Of a stretch of DNA of 64,000 bases, positions 11,649-23,964 are shown piece after piece. The position numbers and the translations under genes are program-made. The DNA comes from Entomortierella parvispora E1425 (lineage: Eukaryota; Fungi; Mortierellomycota). The stretch is taken from the NCBI GenBank assembly GCA_020891255.1, contig BQFW01000010.1, positions 1,240,001 to 1,304,000 on the forward strand, in the 5' to 3' direction. The notes under the pieces are model-generated. The model did no database searches and was not told where the DNA came from. It worked only from the letters and a program-made list of their open reading frames with translations. How positions within the stretch are numbered: the first letter of the stretch is position 1; the number at the start of each line of letters is the position of its first letter.

Positions 11649-14600
11649 CTGGACAGTGAGGATAGAGAAGGACAGATCGACGATCCAATTCGGCACGTTT
11701 GCCCCTCCCCCCCTCTCTCAATCTGTGTTATCGTGTCCCTGCCCTAGAGCGTGAGACCTTTTCTGACAGAGGGAGACGTCGACCAGCAAGTCTGTGCGGC
11801 CGATCGTCAGGTTCATAGGTTCATATCATCACGAATCGTTCCCACCACGTTGCAAGTGATCAACAAACAACCCAACCGCCCACTTGCACTGCACTCACCC
11901 TATGACTCTCCTTTCCACGATACGATACGGATACAACTCCAGACAAGCAACCCTCTCCCAGCCAGAAACCTTATCTGTCATAGACTCGCACTCTCGCACT
12001 GGCTGCAGGCCCCTTGAGGGGCGCGGATGGAGTCTCTTTTGTCGGGTCCCTTTCTTTTTGCCACAAAGGGACCTTTAGCCCGCTGGTGCAGGCAGCAGGC
12101 TCGCGCACACACACTCGCACGATCCCACGGTTGCTTGTTGCTCTGCCCTCTTACTTGCCTCCCAAGATACTGTACAGTAGTCTACCTACGGGCATCCCGT
12201 CCACAATGGACAGATCACCTGGAGGCACATCGACTGAAATAGATAAACCCGTCTGAGCCACGGGGCCCCAGATCCAATCCTCGATTGCATGGCACACAGA
12301 GTAGAGTACAGTACTGTACTGTACAGTACTGTAGAGTGGTCCCATGCAGGATATTTGTAGATCAGATCGGACTCTACATCTCCCGAGAGACTAGACTATT
12401 AGCATGGGTCAAGTAGAAGTAGTAGTCTACAGTACCTAGTACGCTGGACCTAGACGGAGGGCGATCTATTTCCTGCGAAGGAGAGGTACCGTACCGTATC
12501 GAGTGGGCATTGATTGGCATCATATAAAAAAAAGAATCTAGAAACGAAGTAGTGCTTGCAAAAATAAGGAAGGGGTGGTTTTCTGGTTGTCTTGCCTTTT
12601 TCTCTTTTCTTTGCACATGGCAAAACCTCACCCCATTTTTCGTGTGCATTCTTTCTCATTCCTCTGTTGGAGGGAGGAGGAGGGATAGAAGAGCCGCGGG
12701 GTTTTGACGTGTGTAACAAAAGGGGAGAGAGGAAGGCAGGGCACAAAAAAAACGTCCTCTCTTTTGATCGGAATAAAAAAGAGGTGCATGCAGAGCAAAC
12801 AGACGGACCGTTGGAACGCTTTGGGCCGTTGCAAATGCATAGTTTAGCAAGGAGAGGGGAGAGAGAGAGAAGCGAGCAATATAAAAAAAACAAGTTGCAT
12901 GAGCAGAAAATAATGGTACAAGTACCAAAGCAAAATAAAAAGAGATGGGCGAAAAAGGATGGTCGTGCGACTTACCCTGCCCTTAGGGAATGTGAACACA
13001 AAGAAAATAAAAAGCAGATGGCGAAGGGTACCGTTGAAAACCTTGTGGAGATGGTTGGCCACACACTGTAGGCAGACTAGATGGAGACACACGCCCAGTC
13101 GAAACAAACGGAGGGGGCTGGATCTCTGTTCGAACCAGACCTACTCTATACCTACCGAAAAATGGCCTGCTCAAGGGCCTGGAGCTGGATATTTCAGAAA
13201 ACCTATTTAGCGCCGCTGTTGATCACACCCCCACGCCCTTTAAATTGCAATTGAACTTTTAAAGAAACGCACGCCTAGAAGAGCTATATAGAAACGACAA
13301 ATTTTGAACAGGTACTGTACTTGTCCTCTCCTGAACCTGTTTGGCAGGCGACGCGTCTGATACTCGGTTCTAGAGGAAGCGATGAAGGAGAATAATAATA
13401 ATAAAAAAAAGAGGCAGGAGGAATGGCCGAAACGGTTGTTGTTACCCTTGTGTTGTTGTTGTCGGATCAATCAAACAATCCACATTCGACCCATGGGTGG
13501 AAGAGCAACAGTGGCCTTGAGGGAAAACAGTGAAGGAGAGGAGCAGGGGAGAGGAGGAGAGAGGACACACTACCCGTACTCTCCCCCATCCTTTGTTCTC
13601 GCGAGCTCATGCAGCACGCAAGAGCCAGAAAATTCGTAACAACAGAACATGGGACATGGGGGATCCCTTTTGTGTTCAAGTAGGTACATGTATCCCTTTT
13701 GCTGTTGTTTCTCACCGCTTGAGCATGGCACAGTAGACAAGGGCAGGGGACCTGCAAAGCTGTCATTCATGCAAGAAAGATGAAAAACACAACTCGGGCG
13801 TGCCCCTCTTTTTTTTTGTGTGTGTGTATGTCGTTGCCATAGGCCACTTGTTCGCTCTCCTTTTCGATGCACATGAGCAAAGTTCGAGCAAGAGAGCAAT
13901 ACAAAGTGATAATATCCAAAAACATGGGACATGGGTCCATGGTTCGAGGCATGCATGGATCGTTGCAAAACGGTACACACGGGTACAGACACTATTTTTT
14001 ATATGTTCCTTGAATGGACGGGATGTAGAGGTCTGGAGAGGTAAATGACGCGGCGTGCATGGCCCATGGCCCATGGCCCCCTCCCCTCGAAAACAGTCAA
14101 TGCAGAATCAGACGGACATCGTGGAGCACCGACAGGGGAGAGAACAAGGGGAAGGGGGCGAAGGGAGGAGGCTACGAACAAAAGAAAAGTTGCAGCGCAC
14201 AACCCGAGCATGCGCATTCACAGACACACGTACACAAAAAAAGCATCCCTTCACCATAGAGCAAAAAAAAACCGGTAGTGAGATCGAGAGTGCTCACCGG
14301 CTATCACTAATCACTTTTTGCAGCTTTTGCTGGAGCCAGGATCCATCCGCAGCGCAGTTGACGTCCAAGGGTCGTGCTCCGTTGAGGCATTATTACTTGG
14401 CTGCATGAACAAGAGTATGTGTATGTGACAGGACCATGGTCCAAAACTGTTGTCGCCTGTCTCCTTTATTTGATCGTCTCCGTCCATCCTTTTGCTTTGC
14501 TTAAAAAAAAGTGAAGGTGCGTGCGGGATGTACATACCTGTGCCATGATCAGAGATGGGTCCTCGGCGGACACAGCAATAGAAACAGAATGAGAAAAAGA

Positions 14601-17337
14601 GAAAAAAAAGTAAAAAAAAAAAAAAAAAATAGGAGACGCGACCGTTCCACAAAAGAGTCCTCCGAGGATCGTGACCCGAGTTAGCGGCAGTCCAAGGTCC
14701 CCCGATCCCTCGAGAGCAAACGTTCATGATGGCATATAAAAAACGCGTCATTCAAAGTCCCCACCCCTCTCTGCCTTCACACCATCACCCAACAAAGAAC
14801 ACAGAAAAAAATATTTCGGTGACAGATCAAAAGAAAAGGCAACAGCAAACAACATCCAGCTTCTCCCGCACCCCTTTTCCAGGACCAGCGATCAACCACA
14901 AACCACAAATCCATCGCCGCCCCCCCCCCCCCCCTCTGAACCATTACTGCTGTAGCACAGCTCGATCTCCGAGAGTGTCAGCCAGAAAGAAAAAAGAGAG
15001 GTAAGCGATAAAAAAAGACCTACAGAACAGGCTCAGCTAGGCTCAGCAGCGTACATGACAGACCATGAGGCAAGCAAGCATAGCACGCAACGAGCGTTGT
15101 GTGTCTCGCAAGACAACGATCATCTGTTTTCCAAAAAGAAAGTGATCTTCAAACTCTTCTCATTTTCAGCCCTGCGTGCTTACCTGAATGGAAATGGTCC
15201 AACCCTTCCTTTGAACTATGATGTTGATAATCATGCCACAGCCCGATGATGATGAAAAAAAACAGTCGATGAACTCACTTTGACAAAGCAAGAAAGTGTA
15301 GAAGTCTTGAACCAAGGAAAAGAGTGTGGCGCCTTGTTTTGAATCGTAATTCCTGTTTGAGCTACCTTTTTTTTCTCAGAGTGGGGCCGCGCGCGTTCTT
15401 CAGTGTGGGAAAGGAAGGGGGTCGGATGCACGCAACCGAGGGACATCAACGATACTCACTCACTCTCCTCTTTGTGCTCTCCCTTCTTCTCTCTCCTCTT
15501 TCTTTTTTCTTTTTTTTGTGCTACCAAGCTTTTGACACCATCGACAGACAAAAGGTTTCCGTTCCAGTTCTTTAGAAAGCCCAAACGTTGTTTGGCCCTC
15601 CTCCCTCCTTTTGCAAAAAAGGTGAGTGAATTAGAGTAACAATTCGTGTCATTCTGATCAACCACGCGCAATCTCCAGACCCTTCTCTGTTTTTTGTCCT
15701 CCTTCATTGGCGTTGTTGATGTTGTTGTGTTGTTGTTGTTGTTTGATGTGTTTGTGTTCCCACTTGTGCGCCTTGGGATGTGCGGCCATGAGGGCAAGAG
15801 CAAAAAGAGGAGGGAAGGGAGGGTGACACAGTCGCATGCTTCAAGTCAGTCCCGTCGGTGGTTCCGGATGCATCCCCTGTTGCTGGGTTGTTTCTTCCTG
15901 ACCAGTGTTGTTTGTTTGTTTGGATGGTCAGATTTTTTTCTTCTTTTCTGTCTGCAGCTGCTGATCAAGCACAGAGACCATTGTGCTTCCCAAGGTAGTG
16001 GACCAGCACCCGTGCCCAAACCGCCTTTTTACGCTCTCCCTCTTTCCCCAAATGCTCAATCGCCCTTTGCATTTATGCAAACCGATAAGGTCCTTCCGCC
16101 CTGCAGAGTGCGTCTCATTCACACCAAGGTCTCGATCACCCTGGTTTTTTTTTTTTTTTTTTGTCTGTTGGCGCGATGGATCATGTCCACACCACGCATG
16201 CGCACCCACACTCAACAATAGGCCGTCTTTTCTTATCTGTTTGTGACCCCCTCCCTTTTCGATGATATGAACAATGAGGGTCATGTCCCAGGCCAGCCCT
16301 GTTCGTAACCGCTTCACAGATCTGCCAGGGACGGAAATAGGATATTTTTTTTTGGGAAAGTGATTGTTTAAGCAATGCGATTCCCTTCCCTCGGAAGACA
16401 CAGACATGGTTCGGAGCTCACGGACTTCCTATGAAAGGGAGTTGTGTATGAGGAACAAAGCAAAGAGAAACACCCACAGATCCCCATCTGCACAGCCATG
16501 TCACTGTACATACATTTCCGTTCCAGCTCCCTGTTCGGTTTCGTATGCCCCCAAGTCCTTTTTTTTCCGGCCTTATTTTTACCACAAGCATCCTTTTTAG
16601 AAGGAAGAAACGACTTGTGCTTTTGTCTCACCGCCAGTGGCAATGATAATGATGATAATGACGATGAGGATGAGGATAAACTCCATGTGGATGACGATGC
16701 TGACATGCAACCGTGTCTTCTTTGTGTCTCTAGTGAAAACGAGTTCTTTCGGATCTACCCAAACGCACCAAGCGAAAAAGACGCGTTCATTTGGACGCGC
16801 CGACCTTGTAAGTATTCTTCCTTTTTATTCTACGCCGACACCCCTTCTTCTTCTCCTTTGTCTTCCCAGCTTTGGTGTTTGGTTCTGAACCGACTCGTGG
16901 CACTTCTTTTCTTTTTGGGATATTCCCCGGAGGGTATGGGCGGAATGGGAGAAGGCGCACATGCAAAACAGGGCACAGCCATTGAGAAACATGTTGTGGC
17001 CTCTACCGCTACAAAGATCCAACCCCCTCAACCTTTTCTTCCAAGTGCATACCGTTCAATCTCATTCTCTCTTTTTCCACATATTCCGTGGCAGAGTCAA
17101 CGGTTCATTTCGCAAAAGGGAGGGAGGGAGGGAGGATGGGGGAGGAATAATGAACAATTATTTCTTGTGTCTGTGGCGTGGCGCCTTTTTTCATGCTGGC
17201 CTTGGTAGGAAAAAGTTATTTGGCTTAGAGTTCACGTTCCAGTCGTCCTTCCCACTAGGAGACAGGAGAGAGGGAAAGGACCAATGGCCCATTTTAGTCC
17301 CCACAATCCGTCTCATTCTCCCTTTGCCCCTCTCTAC

Positions 17338-17341
<4 letters not shown>

Positions 17342-17421
<80 letters not shown>
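17342..17421. repeat. (GT)~40 microsatellite
   Basis: About 80 bp of uninterrupted GT repeats. Confidence 0.97.
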
Positions 17422-17425
<4 letters not shown>

Positions 17426-17834
17426 CTGTCTGATGGTCCGTCTGATTGTCTGTCTGTCTGTGCCCTCCCTCTGTCCCCGTCTCGCAAGCACCGATCTACG
17501 TTTAGTTTTTTCTTTTTCACTCGCTCTTGTCTCCGTCTGTGCCTCCCTCCCCACTCCCACTCTCCCACTAGAAAGGGGAAGTCAAAAACAGAGCTAAAAA
17601 GGTGGTGATCGTCGTCATCGAAAAGGAGACAAAAGGAGACAGAGAGCAGCGAAGAGCTTTGAAGAGCAACCGAGAGCGTGGCATTTTTGTCGGTTATTAT
17701 TTTTTTTTGTATCGTTTTACCTTTTTGTGCGCTGAGTGAGGTGGGGTATAGGTCAATTACTTTTTTTGATTTCATTTGGCTAGTGAGCATACATTGGCTG
17801 GGAGCAAAAACAGAGTTGTGTTCCTGTGCCCGTC

Positions 17835-17871
17835 TGCCCTGTCCTGACCTGTCCTGTCCTGTCCTGTCCTG
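17835..17871. repeat. (CCTGT)n pentanucleotide repeat
   Basis: ccctgtcctgacctgtcctgtcctgtcctgtcctgtc. Confidence 0.8.
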
Positions 17872-18249
17872 TCAGATGGGATCTGGATGGCTTGAAGGCG
17901 TGGGGAGATGAAGCTCCGGGGAGATTCAAGGAAAGAGGGGGGGCTAGGCAAGGCAAAGGGAAAGGAATGCACGGCAACCAGGAGCGATGTGGGAGTCAGG
18001 ACGAGCGCAATGGTTCTGTCGCCAGACGGGTTTTCTCGGCCTGTCTGTATCCCAGTTCACGCTCGGTTTTTTCAACTGCAGCGAGACTGGGATAGCTGTT
18101 GAGACCATTGCTACGGTATTGAGAGAATGAGAGGACGAGAGGGCGAAATTGCTCTCAACCCGTTAGTCGTCTTTTTCCGTGGTGGTGCAACCAAGCATGG
18201 AGGCTAACCTAGTAGCGCTGTAGGCACGCCCAACCATCGCCCAACTCTG

Positions 18250-18306
18250 AACTGACTGACTGGACTGAACTGAACTGAACTGAACTGAACTGACTGAACT
18301 GACTGA
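18250..18306. repeat. (ACTGA)n imperfect pentanucleotide repeat
   Basis: actgactgactggactgaactgaactgaactgaactgaactgactgaactgactgaa. Confidence 0.8.
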
Positions 18307-18577
18307 ATCGCTCTCTTCCCCCTCGTTTTGGTTGCACACCGTCATAGCTCAGAAGAGTAACCACCGATTCAAAAGCCATCCCATCCCACTCTATCATCCA
18401 CCTACTCTCTTTTTTTCTCCTTGGTGGTTTTCCTTTATAACCTCGAGCCATCCCCCCCAGTTCCTTTTCTTCTTTCCACTTTTGCTCTCATCCTTCCTTC
18501 CTTCCTTTTGCTCTATCTGCCTGCAATCCTCTCTCGCACCATCTCATCCACCTCGATCTCTGCCCTTTATCTCTCAC

Positions 18578-18618
18578 GCACTCACTCACTCACTCACTCA
18601 CTCACTCACTCACTCACT
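18578..18618. repeat. (CACT)n tetranucleotide repeat in the probable 5' leader of the 18887 gene
   Basis: About 10 tandem CACT units. Confidence 0.85.
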
Positions 18619-18886
18619 GTCAGCCTCAGTCACCGCCACTCACTCACTTTACACGCCCACTTTTCTCGCCCACTCTTCAGCCCATCCACCTATCCAGCAT
18701 TCAATTCCCTTTCTCTCACAATACACATACTCTCACTCTCTTTTACCCTCTTTTCTCCATTCGTGGCACCCTATCTGTTTCCTCACTTCCTCGGACATTC
18801 TCATCCTCGCTCCTCAAATTCTTGTATCGCCTCTTGCCTAATCCTCTCAACGCCCACCCACACCCACATACCCACCCTGTCCAACT

Positions 18887-19765
18887 ATGGCACACATCCA
18901 AGACGAGATCCGTCCTTCGTCCGCCTCCTCCACTTCAAGTCATTCGAGCACGAGCACAAGCGCCAGCAGTGCCAGCAGCTCTGGTAGCTGCAACAAATCG
19001 GTTCAATTTTCACGATTCATCAAGATCTCGTTCACGTACCCTGGCGACGAATACGACCGCTCGGCTCTCGAGCCAGCAAAGCTCACCTTCTCTGAGGCTT
19101 CGGAGCTCCTAGAGCTTCGTTGCCATTGGCGTAAGCAGATGAGCGAACGCCTCGCCCAACAGCAGCTCCAACAACAAGAGAGCGACGACAGTGATAACAG
19201 CGAAGATGACGGCGAACTTCAAGAACAAGACCGCATGCCTTGCTGTTGCGAGAGCCATGACAGCGATTACAGCGATAATGAAGACGTCAACAACAACAAC
19301 ATCACTGTTCACATCAACAGACTAAAGTCTTCGTCCTCTTCCCCTTGCCTTCAAATCTCCACCGCCTCTCCCACCGAGGCTGGAGCACCCAATTCCCCAC
19401 CTTCACCTCAACAACAACGCCTCGGCCGCCACAGCCATCGATCCCATCACCGCCACTTGCACTCCCTGCTCCATCCAACGCACTCGACTTCCTCGGGCCT
19501 TCTTTTTACTTCCCCACCTTGCTCACCTTTGCTGTCCCCACAGGATAGCTGTAGCAACAGCAGTAGTGAAGATGAATATGACCATACCCTCTCGCCTCAG
19601 CACCCTCTTTCGTTCTCTTCTGGATCTAGCTCGCAGCAGCAATTGCAACAGCAACAGCAGCAGCAGCGCTTGAAACGATTTGGTGGAAGTCGAGACGGTT
19701 TGATGCACCGACATAGCCATTTGGATCAGTCCAAGGTCAACGTGCAGTGTATCGCCATTGCCTAA
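18887..19765 (+). CDS. Intronless disordered protein with PP1-docking motif (Bni4/neurabin/Phactr-like RVxF + TYxxxEYDR)
   Basis: 292-aa ORF. NKSVQFSRFIKISFTYPGDEYDRS comprises an RVxF (KSVQF), a hydrophobic pair and a TY...EYDR motif. A short helix follows, then S/Q/H-rich low complexity. Confidence 0.7.
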   Translation: MAHIQDEIRPSSASSTSSHSSTSTSASSASSSGSCNKSVQFSRFIKISFTYPGDEYDRSALEPAKLTFSEASELLELRCHWRKQMSERLAQQQLQQQESDDSDNSEDDGELQEQDRMPCCCESHDSDYSDNEDVNNNNITVHINRLKSSSSSPCLQISTASPTEAGAPNSPPSPQQQRLGRHSHRSHHRHLHSLLHPTHSTSSGLLFTSPPCSPLLSPQDSCSNSSSEDEYDHTLSPQHPLSFSSGSSSQQQLQQQQQQQRLKRFGGSRDGLMHRHSHLDQSKVNVQCIAIA

Positions 19766-22323
19766 GCGGTTAAGGCTAGTGAAAAGGGAGAGCAAGAGAC
19801 AAAGAAAAAGATGAAGGGGGGGCTATCAAGAAGATCAAAGAAACATGGTTCTCTCCTATTCTTCTTTTTGCCCCTCTTTTACCCTCGCGCTCCCTTCTCT
19901 CTTATGTTCTTTTTCCTTTTCTCCAACCGGAGAAATTGAATCCGTTCACGTCCTGACTGGGGTCTTTGGATCAAGATCCACATCTCCCCTCAAGACGCTT
20001 TCTTTCCCCTCCCTGTGTAATTACTTCTCTCCTTTTTCCTCTTTCCCATTTGGAGTCTGCATACCGTTAAACACCCTGCAGACTCCATTCTTGACTTTTT
20101 CCCTCTTTGTCCTCCCATGACCCTCCGTCCGCCTCCTCTTTCGATTGGTCTTTCATTACTTTGTCCCATTGTTTATATCTTCGACGTAATGAATCGAGAT
20201 CGAAAGAAAGAGAGGGGGCGAGAGAAGATGCAAGCAAACACAAAAAGCAAACACAAAAAGCGTTCACGCATTTTGCTTTTTTTTTTTTTTTTCGACTCCG
20301 AAAAAAAAAAAAACGAGGGTTCACATCCCTCCTTCGTCATTCATCCTGTACACTTTTTCTTTTCCTTTCTTTTCTTTTCTTTTTTACTTTAGATCCTGTA
20401 ATATCATCATCATTGTACCATTAGTTCTCTTTTCTTTTTTGTTTGCCGCACTTTTTTTTTTCTCTCTTCTTTCTCTATTTTCTCATCCTCATTTCAATGC
20501 TGCCATTCTAAAAAGAAATAATAAAAACATCTGTAGCGCTGATCACAAAAAAAAAGAAAAAAAAGCCGTGTGTCATGAACTTTTTGGGAGGGTAGCAATG
20601 AATGGGAAGAGAGAGTGGGAAAGGCAGCATGGGTCAAAGGACACAGGAAGAGGGAAAGGGGAGAATTAGGGGGTTCAGCTAAAAAAAACATCAAAGGAAC
20701 GCGTGCAGACGCACGTTCTTCGTTGTTCTGCAGTGCAATGACAAACCAACCGAGGAAAAGAGGAAAAAGGAAAAAGGGAGGAGGGGGGTGGGAGGGGCTG
20801 AAGTTCACCCTAGCGTCCAAGGTCTGTGAGATCGAGACTATGTCGAGTGGAATGGACAGAGGACGAAGACGACAACATAACAACAATGAGCACACGTTGT
20901 TGTTGTTGTTGATCGATGGGATGTCCTTTCTTTACTCACAGTTGTCCCCACTCTTGCCCCACTCCTGCAGTACCTCTCATTCTCCGCCTGGCCTGTCTTG
21001 TCCTTCACCTTGGACTTGTTGGTAAACGGGAAGGCGGACTAGGAAAAAGAGAGAGACTGACTGAACAGCGTCAACACCCGGTCAACACATCAACAGAGGA
21101 GAGAGAAAAAAAAACACGCAACATTTTTGTTAGGCCAGATGGATCCATGGATGAACCAAGTTGTTTTTTGTGTTGCGATCAAGAGCTTGAGTTGGGCAAG
21201 GAGGTCCAGGGGAGGGGACGAAGGACGGACTTTGTCTTTTCCTTCTTGTCCTCCCCCACCCTTCACCCCCGCAATACTGGTGATCAGATCGCTTTTTTTT
21301 TTCTTGTTGCCGCACAATTTTTTTTTGTTTTGGTCAAGATGTTTGGACTGATGATTGTTGTACGACGCGAGAAAAAAATACAACATTCAGTATCAACAAT
21401 AGATGGGCTAACTCAACCACCGTGGCAAGTTTGGCGGGGAGAGAAAAAAAAGACGACATGAACAGCAGAGTGAGAGCAAGAACGGGAGAGAGAGAGAAGA
21501 AAGTACATGTAGTCTATGTGGTGAGTTTCTGAACAAAAAAAAAAAAAACCAAGCTAGGAGGACCGCGCGCCCTTTTTGTAAAGTGCTTTTTCTTATTCTT
21601 CTCGAGTTTCTCTACCCACTAGGCGCACCACATCTCCTCAAACTGGTCTCTTTTTTTGTTCTAGTTCAGTTTCCCGTCGAGGCTTTCCCTTTTTCAAATT
21701 CCTCCGCAAGCCTAGCCTTACCTTACGCCACGGTTCAAAATAGACCGCGAAAAGCAAGAACAACCCGACAAGCTCTGCCTGAGCCCCCCCCCCTCCTCCT
21801 TCCTTTGCACTGCCTTTTCGAACAAGGGGCCTCTGATGGCTGGACTGACTGCCTGACTGGTTGGCTGAGACGAGTACCGCGCGCTTTTCTTTTCTGGTCA
21901 CAAAGCTTCACATTCGAAATACAAAGAAAAATGGGATCACAGTGCAAGGTGTGACAGACACGACATAGGGATGGCCTTTGTCCTCCCTCCCTTCCTCCCC
22001 ATCTTAGAGCAAACGAAATGCGCCTCACCTTCGTGCTTCACGCTTCACCCTCGTCTGTTCGAAAACACAAAAAGGACAAGCGAAACAAAGTGGAAAAAAA
22101 GAGCACTAACAAAAAAAAAAAAAAACTTGTATGAACTCGTCCTCATTTTCCCTGCCTGACCATGCGCAACCATGCTACCAGGCAAGCCCAAAAAGAATAA
22201 AGTAAAACCTATGCATGCATACATGCACAAAGACAAATGCAAAGGCGTTGAGTCTGACCTATAGACCATGGGGGATTGGATTGAAAACAAAGAAAAACAA
22301 CACGCGCACATATCAACAACAAG

Positions 22324-22357
<34 letters not shown>

Positions 22358-22818
22358 TATAAAAAAAAACTCAGGGGCTTGCGTCGATCATTCGAGAACA
22401 CACAAGATGCGCGGTGAGCAAATGAATGGAGAGAGCAAGAAACAAAGCGTGCATGCAGGACTTGCATATCCTTCGTCAGTCGCTTGTCCTTTTTTGTTTT
22501 CATGCTTCCCCCATGACATGGACCCATGTTTTTCATATCTCGACCATGGTTGCATTGGAGAAATTGGCCCAACTGCCCAACGACAGAGGGGGGAAAAAGG
22601 AGAGGAAAGGAAAAAAAACAAGAAATAGACATAGAGAGAGAGAGAGGCATTTTAGCCCAAAAGCCCTCGGCGGAGGTTGCATTCTATATAGTTGAAAAAA
22701 TAGGCCAAGGATGATCAAAAAGAGTGACATGCCAATGTACTTTTCTCTAACACTCAGCTATAGGACTTTACAAGATGTCCAATCCAGTTTTTTTATTCCG
22801 TCCTTGTTGCAATTGTTT

Positions 22819-23630
22819 TTAAAGAATGTGGACCATCTCATACCAGAGGTCCGGACCGTGCTCAACTTTGCTCGGGCCAATAAGTTGATATCCAGCGCCT
22901 GCATAGAGACCGATCAATTCCTTGTGCGTAATCAACAGCACGCGGTCCAATTGTCCGAAAGAGTTGCCGTGCGCAGAGGACGAAGGTTGGCTATTATTAT
23001 TATTATTCTCCTTTTTTTTCTCCTTCTCTGCCATTTCCGCGGCGAGTGTTGGGAGGGTGTCGAGGTGGTGCCCGCGTGCTTTCAGGTCCTGAACATGCTT
23101 GGTGTAACTCTGCAACATCCTGCTGGCAATCCCGCGGCGATGGTAAGCAGGGTCAACACAGACAGAGTGAATACAGACGGCCGATCCTTGCGGCTCGTGT
23201 GAGAACATGGACGAATGGGTCAGATGATCTCCGTTGACCAAAGTCGAGACAATGAACGCCACCAACTTTTCTTGTTCTTGGGCCGCCTCCTGAAGATAAC
23301 ATCCAAGAAAGAGCTCTGGCACCGCTTGATGGCGGTAATTCAGAGTCTCTAACGAAGCTGCTTCTGATTCGGGGTAGGCTATTTGTTTCCAGATGCAACC
23401 GTTGGACCATTTTGAACCGTTGAACAATAATAACAATAATACAAGACAAGGAAATAAAAGATGTGGTGATGTGGTTAATCATGATTCTTGTTTCAACATC
23501 TGTCGTGACACTCGGGAGATTTTGCTCCGACGGTACCTGACGCCTCAATTTCGGCCGCACGGGCAACATCGGCACGGGGCAGCAGTTTAAAGACGAGGGC
23601 AAGCTGGTTGCTGGCTTTTGGCTGGGACAT
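22819..23630 (-). CDS. PAA1: GNAT acetyltransferase, polyamine/arylalkylamine N-acetyltransferase (Paa1-like), 2 exons
   Basis: MSQPKASNQLALVFKLLPRADVARAAEIEAS-AYPESEAASLETLNYR; motif A CIHSVCVDPAYHRRGIASRML; C-terminal LITHKELIGLYAGAGY and SKVEHGPDLWYEM. Confidence 0.85.
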
Positions 23631-23964
23631 TTGGATGGACGAGGGGTGCTCTGGTTCAAAGCTGGTGGTTTGAGGGGGAAATGTGGCAGGGATTCTGAGC
23701 TGTGTCACGCATGGTACGTCAGCTTGGAGCCCAGCCCAACAGTGACTGCGAAAAGTTGTCCTCTGGAGCAACGCACACAATCACGGCCCATAGACAGAAA
23801 AAAGATATCAGAAGGGTGCCTTGGCCGCGTCTGTACACATCCCGTAGATGCGTCTCGTAGGTCTGTTTCTGGACCACACGGAAGGATTTGCCTTTTTTTT
23901 TTAGAAAAAAAGTGTTTTATTATGAATTTCGCTTTTCCAGTTTCATTTCGTCGCTTCATTTTCT

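Noticed and set aside
12375-12395. ATTAGCATGG resembling a U6 snRNA segment
   Set aside because: The flanking sequence does not match U6 (no ACAGAGA box context or 5' stem).
17191-17790. ORFs with HTHTHT/CVCVCV repeats
   Set aside because: Translation artefacts of the (GT)n microsatellite.
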